Assembly: GCA_016220175.1 (NCBI GenBank)
Contig: JACRHZ010000075.1
Location: 1-63,373 of the forward strand
Reading direction: 5' to 3'
Length of the DNA: 63,373 nt
Source: Candidatus Peregrinibacteria bacterium
GTDB lineage: Bacteria; Patescibacteriota; Gracilibacteria; CAIRYL01
Below the pieces are notes generated by a model. The model was not told the origin of the DNA. It searched no databases and saw nothing but the letters and a program-made list of their open reading frames with translations. The number at the start of each line of letters is the position of its first letter. The first letter of the stretch is position 1. Position numbers and translations under genes: made by a program. Below, piece after piece: positions 9,501 through 20,297 of this stretch.

Positions 9501-11777
9501 CTAGAGTCCTTTCTTGATTTCCCTCAGCACCTTCTCACTCACGATCTCAAGAAGCTTTTCATCACTCGCATCGCGGATTCCAGATATCGATCCGAACGCT
9601 TGCAGAAGTTTTTTCTTCGTTTTTGTTCCAATTCCCGGGAGATCATCAAGCACTGATTTCTGCTGTGATTTTTTGTGAAGATCAGCGTTATAGGTAATCG
9701 CAAACCGGTGAGCTTCATCACGGATTCGTTGGAGGAGTTTCCCTTCGGGAGAATCAGCGGTAATTGCGAGTGGTTTTGAATTTCCAGTGATATAGACTTC
9801 TTCAAATTGTTTCGCGAGGGAACAGAGTTGGATTTTTTTTGCGAATGGAAACTCATCAAGGATCTTTTTTGCAGAAGACAGTTGTCCTTTTCCTCCATCA
9901 ATTACCAGAAGGTCTGGTATGATTTTGAGAGAATCGTATTTTTTCTTTTTGCTGAGATTTTTGAAAACCCAACATTCATTTTCAAAAATAAACCCGAGAT
10001 TTTCCAAGTGTCGATCATCGTCGACTCCGGAAAAAAATATTTTCTTCGATTCTGAAATTTCCAAGAGTTTTCGCACGAGGAAATATCCGACTTCGGATTT
10101 CTGTGTCATTGCAAGTTTCGAATCCATCCAAGAAATTTGAATTTCTTCAGATTGGGCAACCGCGAGAGTTGCCCCTACGGGTTTGCGTTCCAATATTCCA
10201 ATTATCTTTTCACCATTTTTGAGAATGATGAAATTTTCGTTTGGGCGTGAATTTGGATTCGCGCCTTCATTTTTGCCCGACGTCGCCGCTACGATGAATT
10301 CCATATCTTTTTTTGAATTCACCTTTTGTACTTTCCATCCGTCTGGCATTTGCCTCGGAATATGTTTGAGCCTTCGAAGAATCACCTCTTCCATGCTTTT
10401 AAAATCATTTATCTCTCCATGAGCAATTGTTTTTAATTGAAATCGCCGATACTCTGCATTTTTCTCTTCTCCTTCCACAAAAACCGCCATCGAAGCGACC
10501 GTTTCCGTTCCTCCAAAATGGGAAACATCATAACATTCGATGCGTTTTGGAATGTGTTTCATTTTGAGTTTTTTCTGAAGAGTTTCCAAAACTTTGTCGA
10601 GGTCTTCTTCGTGTTTCAAGAAACTTGCGGCATTTCGAATCGCATAACTCTCGGCATTTTTCTCAGCGAGTTCGAGAAGTTTTTTTCGTTTTCCCTTTTC
10701 TGGAAGAGAAATTTCAATTTTCTGATGCCATTTCTCTTGAAAGAATTTCTCCCAAATTTCCTGTTCTTCTTTGGGAAAAATTTGAAGGGAAAGTACGAGA
10801 GTTTTGGGAATATCCGCGGCTCTGTCTGAGTGTTCTCGAAGAAAAGCAAAAAGCGCTTCTTCAGAGTCCTCAGATGAATTCATCGACAGAGAAAATGTTT
10901 CTGAATTGATCACTTTTCCTTCGCGAATTTGAAAGAGATGAAAAAATGCATGACCAAATTTGAGGCATGTTCCAATGACATCTGCAGAAAATTCATCGGG
11001 AGCAGAAACGATTTGTTTTTCAGAAATTGACTCTACTGCACGAAAAAGATCACGAACCCGAGCGGCTTTTTCAAATTCTCTTTTCTCGGCAGACTCCTGC
11101 ATCTGTTTTTCCAAATCCGCAAGAACTTCTTTGGTATCGCCCTTTAAAAACTTGATCGCCTTTTGAATTCGCGATCGATATTCTTCTTTGAAGATATTTC
11201 CAATGCAGGGGGCGGAACATTTTTTGATATGAAAATTAATACAGGGATACTTGATATTTCCCGGATTTTTCACCTCTACTTTTCCTGGAGAAATTTCGGT
11301 AATTTCCAGATTCGTTGTTCTCAGGAGAAAAATATCCCGTAAAAGATCGATTGTTTTTCGCACTGATCCTGCAGAAATTTTCGGACCAAAATATAAACTC
11401 CCATCTTTAATGACGTGCCTCGTGAGCGTGATTTGAGGAAAATCATCCCGTATGGAAACACAAAAATACGCATAACTTTTATCGTCTCTGAGAAGAATAT
11501 TAAATTTGGGACGCTTCTCCTTGATCAGATTCGATTCGAGAATAAGAGCCTCGACCTCAGAACTCACTTCTGTCCAGAAAATATCGTGTGTTTTTTCGAT
11601 CATTTTTTGAATACGCAGACTCAAAACTGCTTTTACTCGAAAGTAGGTTTGTACTCGCTTTCGGAGATTTTTCGCCTTTCCCACGTACAAAGTGTCGCCA
11701 TCCTCCGACAGCATTTCATAAACACCAGGAGTACTCGGAAGATGGCGCAATGATTTTTTGAGTTTTTCAGAAAGCAT
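9501..11777 (-). CDS. uvrC: Excinuclease ABC subunit C with a ~150 aa internal insertion
   Basis: PGVY, YVGKAKNLR, IECYDVSH, DGGKGQL, RDEAHRFA and HhH motifs. Confidence 0.95.
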   Translation of the reverse strand: MLSEKLKKSLRHLPSTPGVYEMLSEDGDTLYVGKAKNLRKRVQTYFRVKAVLSLRIQKMIEKTHDIFWTEVSSEVEALILESNLIKEKRPKFNILLRDDKSYAYFCVSIRDDFPQITLTRHVIKDGSLYFGPKISAGSVRKTIDLLRDIFLLRTTNLEITEISPGKVEVKNPGNIKYPCINFHIKKCSAPCIGNIFKEEYRSRIQKAIKFLKGDTKEVLADLEKQMQESAEKREFEKAARVRDLFRAVESISEKQIVSAPDEFSADVIGTCLKFGHAFFHLFQIREGKVINSETFSLSMNSSEDSEEALFAFLREHSDRAADIPKTLVLSLQIFPKEEQEIWEKFFQEKWHQKIEISLPEKGKRKKLLELAEKNAESYAIRNAASFLKHEEDLDKVLETLQKKLKMKHIPKRIECYDVSHFGGTETVASMAVFVEGEEKNAEYRRFQLKTIAHGEINDFKSMEEVILRRLKHIPRQMPDGWKVQKVNSKKDMEFIVAATSGKNEGANPNSRPNENFIILKNGEKIIGILERKPVGATLAVAQSEEIQISWMDSKLAMTQKSEVGYFLVRKLLEISESKKIFFSGVDDDRHLENLGFIFENECWVFKNLSKKKKYDSLKIIPDLLVIDGGKGQLSSAKKILDEFPFAKKIQLCSLAKQFEEVYITGNSKPLAITADSPEGKLLQRIRDEAHRFAITYNADLHKKSQQKSVLDDLPGIGTKTKKKLLQAFGSISGIRDASDEKLLEIVSEKVLREIKKGL

Positions 11778-11935
11778 TGTTAAAAGCGAAAAGTACAAAG
11801 TACAAAATACAAAATGCCAACAAGAAAAACAAATTTCTTTCCTGTTTTTATACTTTGTATTTTGTACTTTGTACTAAAAATTGACATCTTTTTCCATTTC
11901 GAGGAGAATTCAAACCGCTCTCAACACATACGAAT

Positions 11936-13384
11936 ATGGCATTCTTTGGTCACAAACACACTCCGTATTTTCGCAAACGGAAGGTTCATCCGCTTTTTAT
12001 CAGCCTTCTCATTATTGCTGGAGGAGTCGCTCTTTTCTATTTGATTCAGTTTTTATTTTTTGGACAAACGGGAGAAGTCGCTGAAGTGAAACTGAATGTA
12101 CCGCCACAAAATACGGTTTATGTTCAGTTTTCTGGTGAAGAAACATATCGATCAGTTATGGCAAGTTCGATCAAACTCCTGGAAAATGAAGTGGTCCAAA
12201 GCCGTAATACAGCGAACAGCTCTCTGGAATTTTTTGAAAAATCTGAGCTATATCTTGACACCAAAACAGAAATACGTCTCGTAAAAAGTAGGGTGCAAAG
12301 TGGAGATACTCGGGAGATACGAGTGCGCATGAACGGTGGGAAAATATGGGCTGATGTTGCTTTGAGTCTTAATCCACGTTCTGTTTTCGAAATCCAACTC
12401 TCTTCCACTATTTTTATAACTTCAAAAAATGGGGAATTTTCTGTGGACTATGATAAATCACTCGTAAAAGTTGCAAAAGGAAATGTTCGAATTTCAAAGC
12501 AAGAGAAGGGAACAGAAGTCTTTTCACAGGATGTCGGAGTGGGGCAACAGTTTGAATTCTCCGATAATATTGAAGAAAAAGCTCTGGCTATTCTTACGGA
12601 AGATGATTGGTTTTCAGCCCATGCTCCTCGCGAGGTGCCACCAGCTTCAGAAGAGGTTTCTTCCGAGGAAAGTGGAGATAAAACTTTGGGAGAAGAAAAT
12701 CCTGTAAAAATTCTCGTTCCAGGAAAAAACAATTCTGTAGTGCTTATCAGCAAAGAACCTCAGAAAATTTCGGGGACAGTTCCGCGCGGAACGAAAAAAG
12801 TAGTAATAAATGATTACGCACTCTCAAAATTTGTCGAAGGGGATAAGGAATTTACCTATATTGCAAGTGTAAAATTTGAAAGTCTCATTCTCGGGAAGAA
12901 CGTGTATGTCATTCAGGCATTTGATAAAAATGACACACTCCTCGGCAAAGCTGAAATCACCATTCACTATGATCCGGAGGGAAAATTTGAGGGAGGAGAT
13001 ACTCTCGGCGGAGAGAAAGAGCTTGATGCGACGAAAACGCCAGAATCAACAGGAAAATTGGAAATCACCGAGCCGAATAAAGGAGATGACTTTACAGCGA
13101 AGGATTTAACCGGGTTTGATCTCATCGGGACAACGTCTTCAGACACAGAAAAAATTCTTGTAAATGATTATGCCCTCTCGAAATATGTTCCAGGAAACGA
13201 AAAATGGACATACAAAGTGCGTATAGAGTTTGGAAACCTGAAAGCCGGTGAAGAAAACATTTATGAAGTTAAGGCAGTCGACAAAAATGGAAAGGTACTT
13301 GCCAAAGACTTCATCAAAGTTATCTTTCCAGCGAAAACAGGATCCGAAGCAAATGTGATTACTCCCGAGGCGGCAAGACAATAA
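11936..13384 (+). CDS. Membrane-anchored FecR-like/Ig-like repeat protein
   Basis: N-terminal TM, FecR-like beta region, two internal repeats (V/INDYALSKF/YV.G). Confidence 0.6.
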   Translation: MAFFGHKHTPYFRKRKVHPLFISLLIIAGGVALFYLIQFLFFGQTGEVAEVKLNVPPQNTVYVQFSGEETYRSVMASSIKLLENEVVQSRNTANSSLEFFEKSELYLDTKTEIRLVKSRVQSGDTREIRVRMNGGKIWADVALSLNPRSVFEIQLSSTIFITSKNGEFSVDYDKSLVKVAKGNVRISKQEKGTEVFSQDVGVGQQFEFSDNIEEKALAILTEDDWFSAHAPREVPPASEEVSSEESGDKTLGEENPVKILVPGKNNSVVLISKEPQKISGTVPRGTKKVVINDYALSKFVEGDKEFTYIASVKFESLILGKNVYVIQAFDKNDTLLGKAEITIHYDPEGKFEGGDTLGGEKELDATKTPESTGKLEITEPNKGDDFTAKDLTGFDLIGTTSSDTEKILVNDYALSKYVPGNEKWTYKVRIEFGNLKAGEENIYEVKAVDKNGKVLAKDFIKVIFPAKTGSEANVITPEAARQ

Positions 13385-13508
13385 GCTCATACTCATTCCG
13401 AAGAGAAATTCTCCCAAAGTTTGCCTTTTTCAGGAGCCTGCAAGTAGTCAGCGGTCAGTAGTCAGTTGTCAGCAAAGGAGATAATGATTATGATCAAAAG
13501 TAACGTTC

Positions 13509-15161
13509 TTAATTAGTATTAGTACTGATCTTCTTTTTCTCAACTTGTTCCGGAATAATTACCGCAGCTTCACCTTTATGAGCAATTTTTCCAAGGAAAG
13601 GGATGCTGAAGAGTGAAATGCTCACAAGGAGGACACCAAACATGAGGAATCCGCTCGTGAAGCCCAAAAAGGCGAAAATAAGACCTCCACCGAATTGCCC
13701 CAAAATGTTTCCAATGTTGAGAACGAGTCTGAGTGGTGCAGCACCAGCATCGTTACTGAGGATTTTCCCCGTGGTTCTGTAAATATGCCGCTGATGCTCG
13801 GAAATAAACATTGCCTGAGAAGGCGAAAAAGCTGCCGCGTATCCAGTGCTGTTGAGCATTCCCGACAAAAGCAGAATCCAGAAACTTCCCCCAAATACAA
13901 TATCAATAAGTCCAAGAGCGAGGAGAGAAAGACCAGAAATGCTTATCCCGATGAGAATCATAATGTATCTGCCGTATTTATCCGCAAGTTTGGAAAAAGG
14001 GATTTGGAGCACGAATACCGGCAATATAAAAAGTCCCATAATAACGCCTCCGAGTGATTTTCCCCATGGTCCAAGGTCATTTGCGAATCGTCCGAGAAAA
14101 ATTGGTTGAAAGGTAATCGCCATTGTGTCCCAAAATGAAAAAAACATGACCACGAATATCGCCCAAAACATTGCAAGCGGCGTATTTTTGGAGAGAATAC
14201 TCAGGAAATCATTGAGAAGTTCAACGACTTCCTTCCCCATTTCATGAAACCTAAATTTTGGCTTTTCCGAAGATTCGTGCTCAATCTCTTTTTCCTTCAT
14301 GAGAATATCAATGAGGTTTTTTCGTGCCGCTTCGAGCATTTCCTCAGCTTTTTTCTTTGCATTTTCTGGAAGATCTTTTATTTTTTCCGCAGTTTCTTTT
14401 GAGAGTGCGATCACCTCATTTTTGAGCGAGGTACTCGTATCACCTACCGCGGTAGCAATCTTATCGGGGTGGGCAATGAGTTCAAACACTTCTTTCCAGT
14501 TAATCCCGGATTTGTCGGAAAATTTTAAAGAAACATTGTCTTCATCTCGATCAAAATGATGTCTCACAAAGAGGAAAAGCCCGAAAAGGAAAAAGAGAAG
14601 AAATACTTGAGCGATCTCTGTTCCGAATGAAATAATAACTCCTCCAACAATGAGACCTCCAAGCATTCCGAAGGCCTCAGCGACCTTTTTTTGAGAAATA
14701 TTTTGTGCGAATTCTTCAGATTTTGATTTTCTGAGAATGTACGTCACCATGGTGACTTCATAGAGATCATAGCTCCATCCATACGTAAACGCCGCAACCA
14801 CGGTAAAAAATGCCCATTTGAGTGGCTGGAAAAGATCCACATCAAATTGAGAAAAGAGGAATATAGAAACAGTAAGGGCGAGTCCACAAATTGACCACAT
14901 AAAAAGCATCCGAGCAGTTCTGATTTTTTGAAGATATGTCCAAAAAACATCCACAAACGTGGCGAAGAAACTGGCTGCCCCGAGAATTGCGCCCACTAAA
15001 AAGATAGCATTGTCCGCCCCCTCAAATCGCTCTTGCAGGAATACGGCAATAGAATAAGCAAGAACTGTGTAGACGAACATAAAGTTCATCGCCGCGAGGT
15101 AATACATAAGTATCCTTTTTGTCGTAATCGTTGTTTTTTGAAGGAATTTTGGAGCGAGCAT
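13509..15161 (-). CDS. MFS transporter with large central cytoplasmic loop
   Basis: ~12 TM segments; motif SKLADKYGR. Confidence 0.85.
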   Translation of the reverse strand: MLAPKFLQKTTITTKRILMYYLAAMNFMFVYTVLAYSIAVFLQERFEGADNAIFLVGAILGAASFFATFVDVFWTYLQKIRTARMLFMWSICGLALTVSIFLFSQFDVDLFQPLKWAFFTVVAAFTYGWSYDLYEVTMVTYILRKSKSEEFAQNISQKKVAEAFGMLGGLIVGGVIISFGTEIAQVFLLFFLFGLFLFVRHHFDRDEDNVSLKFSDKSGINWKEVFELIAHPDKIATAVGDTSTSLKNEVIALSKETAEKIKDLPENAKKKAEEMLEAARKNLIDILMKEKEIEHESSEKPKFRFHEMGKEVVELLNDFLSILSKNTPLAMFWAIFVVMFFSFWDTMAITFQPIFLGRFANDLGPWGKSLGGVIMGLFILPVFVLQIPFSKLADKYGRYIMILIGISISGLSLLALGLIDIVFGGSFWILLLSGMLNSTGYAAAFSPSQAMFISEHQRHIYRTTGKILSNDAGAAPLRLVLNIGNILGQFGGGLIFAFLGFTSGFLMFGVLLVSISLFSIPFLGKIAHKGEAAVIIPEQVEKKKISTNTN

Positions 15162-15235
15162 GGAAATATGTCTTTATTTTCGCTCCATTATACCAAAAAA
15201 TCGAATATTTTTGAAGGGAAAAACGTGAAGAAGTG

Positions 15236-16876
15236 CTAAAATTCCAGATCTACTTGAGCCCGAATGAGAAGTGGTGTGGTGACGATTTTTCCGGAAACTC
15301 TTTGAATTCCAATGTTTTGCGCTTCAGGAAGCCATGGGAGTAAAAATTTTGGGAAAAAACTAAACACTTCCTCCGATGGACCAGCAAATTTGAGGGGGAG
15401 TTTTTGAGAAAGGAGTGAGGAAGCATTTTTCTTGAGGAGTTCGCCGACTTTTGTGCTCGGAATACCAAAAAATAAGGTGTCACCTTCTTGTCCTAAACTC
15501 AAAGAAAAAAGTGAAGCTTCATCATTCTTGGCTGAAAACGTAAATATTTTTCCATTTCCTTCGGCAGTTTCTTCCATTTGTACGGCATCTTCATCGGGAA
15601 ACACCTCTTCTACGGTAGAGCCATCTTCTAATGCGTACGAAACAATTTTTGGAATAAATCGAGCCGATATTTTTTTAATGGCACTTATCAATTTTTCTAA
15701 TTTTGCCTGCGCAAATTCTTCATCATTTGTCTTGAGAACAGCAAAAAATCCATCGTCAGAATTCCCGACCACAAATTCGGAAGCAAGAAGTGGAAGAATA
15801 TCATATTCCCATGAAATTTCTCCGCCAAAAAACTGTTCGAGCCGCGAAGCGATAGTGCTTTTCACAGTAATCAAAAAGGCAGGATCCACTTCGCCAAAAT
15901 AAGAAAATCCATGGTCAATATCTTCCGCAAGATCATTTCCCCAAAGAAATGCGTTGGCGTTTTCGGGAAGATACGAAAGGATTTCTGGAGAATCTTTTTG
16001 GAAAGAAATCGCCTCATTTGAAATATCTTTTTGGATACCTATATTTTTTCTAAGGAGAACGAAGGCAGTTTCGAGCGCATTACTCCGCGGTCTTTCAGTG
16101 ATTGCTGCACCGACACTCGGGAATACTCGGATGAGGGGCAATACGAGTTTTGCCGAAAAAGTCGGAGGAAGCAGATTTTCGAGTGCAGCAGTTCGGAGAA
16201 ATACTCGCGCTTTGTGAAGTCGCGGCAGCTCAGACGCGATCTTTTGAAAATCTTCTGCATCGGCCAATTTTTGAACTGCTGAATCTTTGCTCTCGAGAAT
16301 ATTTTGAAGCGTCAGTTTTTCGTCGGAGCATGCCATGTATTTGAGGTAGAGTGTGCAATACTCAGTCCGAGGGGTATCAAAAGTGTATATCTCATATCCC
16401 TGAAAAACCTGAGTATCTTTCGGACTTCTGCTAATGAGATACTCATGAGCTCTTTGCCAGTCTCGTGTTTCTACGAAATCAACTTTTGAAAACCAATCGC
16501 CTTCCACTGCATCTCTCCTGTAAAGCGCTACTCCTCCACGTCGTCCTTTCCATTCAAGCTGAGAGAGATCGGTCCCGAGCATGCTATCCTGAAGTGATAA
16601 GATTGTTTTGAGTAGCAGAGGACTGCTCTTCTCAAGAGAACTCCATGTTTCGAGTTCTTCGAGATTCATCAGCATCACGAGATCTTTTTCGGGAAGAATT
16701 TTTTCGAGATCTGGAGCAACAAAAAATCGATCCCACAGCAAATATCCCGCAAAAATTGTCATAGCTCCTCCGATGAGGAGAAAGAGCAGACCCGCCATGA
16801 GGCTTCGTCTTTTCTCTTCCTCTTGTTTCTTTCGTTTGTATTCCCAGATTTTTTTGAAGACTCTCGAAAGTTTCAT
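15236..16876 (-). CDS. Membrane-anchored hypothetical protein (DUF3352-like)
   Basis: Single N-terminal TM; repeated 'LP..' motifs and DILPLLASE. Confidence 0.55.
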   Translation of the reverse strand: MKLSRVFKKIWEYKRKKQEEEKRRSLMAGLLFLLIGGAMTIFAGYLLWDRFFVAPDLEKILPEKDLVMLMNLEELETWSSLEKSSPLLLKTILSLQDSMLGTDLSQLEWKGRRGGVALYRRDAVEGDWFSKVDFVETRDWQRAHEYLISRSPKDTQVFQGYEIYTFDTPRTEYCTLYLKYMACSDEKLTLQNILESKDSAVQKLADAEDFQKIASELPRLHKARVFLRTAALENLLPPTFSAKLVLPLIRVFPSVGAAITERPRSNALETAFVLLRKNIGIQKDISNEAISFQKDSPEILSYLPENANAFLWGNDLAEDIDHGFSYFGEVDPAFLITVKSTIASRLEQFFGGEISWEYDILPLLASEFVVGNSDDGFFAVLKTNDEEFAQAKLEKLISAIKKISARFIPKIVSYALEDGSTVEEVFPDEDAVQMEETAEGNGKIFTFSAKNDEASLFSLSLGQEGDTLFFGIPSTKVGELLKKNASSLLSQKLPLKFAGPSEEVFSFFPKFLLPWLPEAQNIGIQRVSGKIVTTPLLIRAQVDLEF

Positions 16877-17025
16877 AAATTCTAAAAAGCGTATCCGAAG
16901 TATAACGGAAGAATATATAAATTTAAAATTCTAAATTTTGAATCCGCTAAAGCGGATTTGAATTTTGAATTGAATTCAAAATTTCAGCTCGTCATGCGAT
17001 AATCTTCTCGTTCTTTCCTTTTTTT

Positions 17026-18087
17026 ATGTTTTCGGACATTCTCACATCATGGGGAGAGAAAAAATATCGAATTCTACAGGTGAATCATGGAATTTTTCGT
17101 GAACTCGTTTCAGATTTTTCCGAAATTTCCACGCTCCCAGAACCGCTTCGTAAACGCTTTCATCAGGAGAAAATTGAATTTTCTCTTCTAAAGCCGAAAA
17201 AAATAGTAGCGAGTTCTGATGGCAACACGGAAAAAGTACTTTTTCGCACTCACGAAGGGAAATACATCGAATCTGTTCTTATGCATCACAAACGACGAAA
17301 AACTGTTTGTGTTTCTTCGCAAATCGGCTGTCCTGCGGGATGCGTGTTTTGCGCCACCGGAAAACTGGGAATTACGAGAAATCTCGAAACGAGAGAAATT
17401 ATTGAACAGGTTCTTTTTTGGAGTCGCCATCTCAAAAATGAATGGCAGAAAACAAATCCTCAAGAAAAATGGAAACCGCTGAATCCTCCGCATGAGGCAA
17501 GAGTTCGGAATATTGTTTTTATGGGCATGGGAGAGCCACTTTTTAATTATGAAAATGTCGTAGGAGCGATCAAAACTCTCAATGATCCCAAAAAGTTTGG
17601 AATCGGTGTTCGCCATATTACGGTTTCCACTGTTGGAATTATTCCGGGAATTGAAAAACTCATGCACGAAAAACTTGGAGTTCATCTCGCATTTTCTCTT
17701 CATGCTCCTACCGAAGAGTTGAGAAGCAGCTTGGTTCCGATGAATAAAACCTTCTCTCTCACAAAACTCATGAAAGTGCTGGATGAATTTACAAAAATGA
17801 CCGGAAGGAGAATTTTTTATGAATACGTTGTTTTGCAAGGGAAAAATGATGGAGATGAAGATGCAAAGGTGTTAGGGAAACTCCTCGAAAGGCGTCTCGC
17901 ACACGTAAATTTTATTCCCTACAACGTCAATCCTGAATGCGGCGATGATCTCAAAAAACCCGAAGAAAAACGAATTCGAGACATGCAAAAAATTCTCGAG
18001 AAATATAACGTACCATCTACAATTCGCCTCACGATGGGAGATGAAATTGCCGGAGCGTGTGGGCAACTCGCGAGTAAGGAAGAATGA
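17026..18087 (+). CDS. rlmN: 23S rRNA (A2503-C2)/tRNA methyltransferase
   Basis: CVSSQIGCPAGCVFCATG, MGMGEP, ACGQL motifs. Confidence 0.97.
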   Translation: MFSDILTSWGEKKYRILQVNHGIFRELVSDFSEISTLPEPLRKRFHQEKIEFSLLKPKKIVASSDGNTEKVLFRTHEGKYIESVLMHHKRRKTVCVSSQIGCPAGCVFCATGKLGITRNLETREIIEQVLFWSRHLKNEWQKTNPQEKWKPLNPPHEARVRNIVFMGMGEPLFNYENVVGAIKTLNDPKKFGIGVRHITVSTVGIIPGIEKLMHEKLGVHLAFSLHAPTEELRSSLVPMNKTFSLTKLMKVLDEFTKMTGRRIFYEYVVLQGKNDGDEDAKVLGKLLERRLAHVNFIPYNVNPECGDDLKKPEEKRIRDMQKILEKYNVPSTIRLTMGDEIAGACGQLASKEE

Positions 18088-18160
18088 AGTAGGAATCAGG
18101 AAGTAGGAATTACGAATTACAAATTACAAATTACAAATGAAACGTCCTTATCTGTTCTGT

Positions 18161-18631
18161 ATGAAAGTAAAGGTTCTGGTTGTCGGCAAAACAAAGGAAT
18201 CTTGGTGCAGGGATGGCGAGAAGTTTTATTTTGATCGTGTTCAGCATTTTTGCGATCTCCAAAAAGTGGAAGTGGCGGAAGAAAAAATCACAGAAAGTAT
18301 GACTGATAAGGAGATTGTACAAAGAGAGGGACTGAGGTTGCTGAGTCGAATTGGCAGTGATGAATTTGTAGTTGTCCTCACGCCTTCGGGAAAAAAGCTG
18401 TCTTCCAAAGATTTTGCTGATCTTTTTCGAGAAGTTCGAGACTATAAGGGAGGAAAGATCACGTTTCTTATTGGTGGACCACTCGGACTCTCTAATGAAG
18501 TCATAGGGTCAGCTCAAGCAAAAATTTCCTTCTCAGATATGACATTTCCCCATGATTTATTTCGGATCATGCTCCTCGAACAAATCTACCGAGCGTTTTC
18601 CATCTTGGTCGGAAAGAAATACCACAAATAA
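18161..18631 (+). CDS. rlmH: 23S rRNA pseudouridine-1915 N3-methyltransferase
   Basis: IGGPLG, MTFPH, EQIYRA, YHK motifs. Confidence 0.96.
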   Translation: MKVKVLVVGKTKESWCRDGEKFYFDRVQHFCDLQKVEVAEEKITESMTDKEIVQREGLRLLSRIGSDEFVVVLTPSGKKLSSKDFADLFREVRDYKGGKITFLIGGPLGLSNEVIGSAQAKISFSDMTFPHDLFRIMLLEQIYRAFSILVGKKYHK

Positions 18632-18698
18632 GCAGTAAGCAGTAAGAAGTAAGCGGTAAGTATTTTTGAGCTGCAGCTTACTGCCTATTGCTTACTGC

Positions 18699-19355
18699 TT
18701 ATTTCTCGCTCTTCTCCATCGCTTCTCGTGCAATGCTTTTCCAATCGTATGGAAATCGATAGTTTTCCATTGTCCGAACAACAGTTGCAAACACTTTCCA
18801 TTTCTCCGGTGATTCGAATAAAAACGAGTTTCCATATTCCTGATTCGGATTATAGTCCCGAAGGATTTCGGGAAAATGGTATTTATCAGCGATGGGAACA
18901 ACGCCGTATGAAAGCGCGTTGTGAAGGGCAGTAGCATTTTCTTCATTTCGAGAGAAAAAGAGCATTGCATCGCATCCGGCATTAAGCTTTCGAATATTTT
19001 CGTCTGTATTTTCGAGAATAACAGCGTGCGTTTCATTCTCTTTTGCAAATGTTGTTACGATTCCCTGATATCTTTCCGTTCCAATTCCTAAAAATGCAAT
19101 TTGGATACCAAGAGCCTCAATCCCGGGAAGAATTTCTGAGAGCACATTTGCTCCATTTTTTTCCGTAAGGGGAAGAGAAAATCCAAGGAGAAGTGTTTTC
19201 TTTTCGGGAATAAGTCCAAATTCCTTTTGGAACTCTTCTTTATTCATTGCCTTTTTCTCCAAAGTCTTCGAAGAAAACTTTATATAGATTTTGTTATCAT
19301 ATGCCGCCGATGGCAATCGAGGTTCTTGCTGGGGAATTTGAGCGACTGGATTCAT
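18699..19355 (-). CDS. Stand-alone glycogen-synthase C-terminal-like domain protein
   Basis: K..NKEEFQKEFGL, LGIGTERY, AGCDAML, ALSYGVVP, GNSFLF resemble the GlgA C-lobe; no N-lobe. Confidence 0.7.
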   Translation of the reverse strand: MNPVAQIPQQEPRLPSAAYDNKIYIKFSSKTLEKKAMNKEEFQKEFGLIPEKKTLLLGFSLPLTEKNGANVLSEILPGIEALGIQIAFLGIGTERYQGIVTTFAKENETHAVILENTDENIRKLNAGCDAMLFFSRNEENATALHNALSYGVVPIADKYHFPEILRDYNPNQEYGNSFLFESPEKWKVFATVVRTMENYRFPYDWKSIAREAMEKSEK

Positions 19356-19528
19356 TCTTTTGGGATGTGTATAAAATTTGAATATCAGGACATGATACCA
19401 CAAAAGCGCTTCTTTTTGAAGGGAATATACTTGCCAAATGTGCGAAATTCCTCAAAAAATAATCTTTCTCAAAAACTCTCCAAAATACGATTTTTTCGCT
19501 ACACTCATGTTGTTTTTTTCATAAAATC

Positions 19529-20143
19529 ATGTCACTTGTCCAAATTTCAGCTCTTTCTAAAAATGATCTCAGGAAAGAAGTGCTTCAGAAGAGGGCTGCG
19601 CTGCCAAAAGATGCACGTCAAAAATTTTCTCAAGAAATATGTGCCTCACTTCAAAAGCTGATACATCACAAATTTCCCGATGCGGCGAATATCCTCTTTT
19701 ATGTTCCTTATAAAAGTGAGGTGAATATTAAAGCTCTTATAAAATGGGCACTTCTCCATGAGTCATATCATGTGTATCTCCCCAAAATCATTGACCCTGA
19801 ATCTGCTCTTTTTGAGGCGATACGTATTTCTTCATACGACGAAATTTCTCCTGTTTCTGAAAACTATAATCTTTCCGAACCGAAAGGATCGTCTTCGATT
19901 TCTCCTCAAATGCTCGATCTCGTCATTGTTCCGGCAGTAGCAATTGATTTTCTGGGAAATCGTATTGGATATGGAAAAGGGTACTACGATCGATTTTTGG
20001 CAAATGTTTCAGGGCGATGTCAAAAATGGGCGGTTATTTTCTCCTGTCAAAAAGTCGAAAAAGTTCCAGTGGATGAATACGATATTCCCGTTGATGCGTA
20101 TGTTGATGAGAATGGTTTGCGAGGAATAAGGAATAAGGAATAA
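19529..20143 (+). CDS. 5-formyltetrahydrofolate cyclo-ligase
   Basis: DLVIVP, RIGYGKGYYDR motifs. Confidence 0.95.
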   Translation: MSLVQISALSKNDLRKEVLQKRAALPKDARQKFSQEICASLQKLIHHKFPDAANILFYVPYKSEVNIKALIKWALLHESYHVYLPKIIDPESALFEAIRISSYDEISPVSENYNLSEPKGSSSISPQMLDLVIVPAVAIDFLGNRIGYGKGYYDRFLANVSGRCQKWAVIFSCQKVEKVPVDEYDIPVDAYVDENGLRGIRNKE

Positions 20144-20297
20144 GGAATTGGTAGTACTCATCGCTTATGAAATAAATCTCTGCTACGAATGCCTGAGCAC
20201 CCAGAAAATTCAGAATATTTGCAAAATCTTATTTCTGATGACATGATACATTTGTATGAAAAAGTCCATTTTTTGCGTTCTTTCTTTAAAAAATTTT

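Noticed and set aside
19404..19528. 6S RNA upstream of the formyltetrahydrofolate cyclo-ligase
   Set aside because: The gap is short and AT-rich with no long hairpin.
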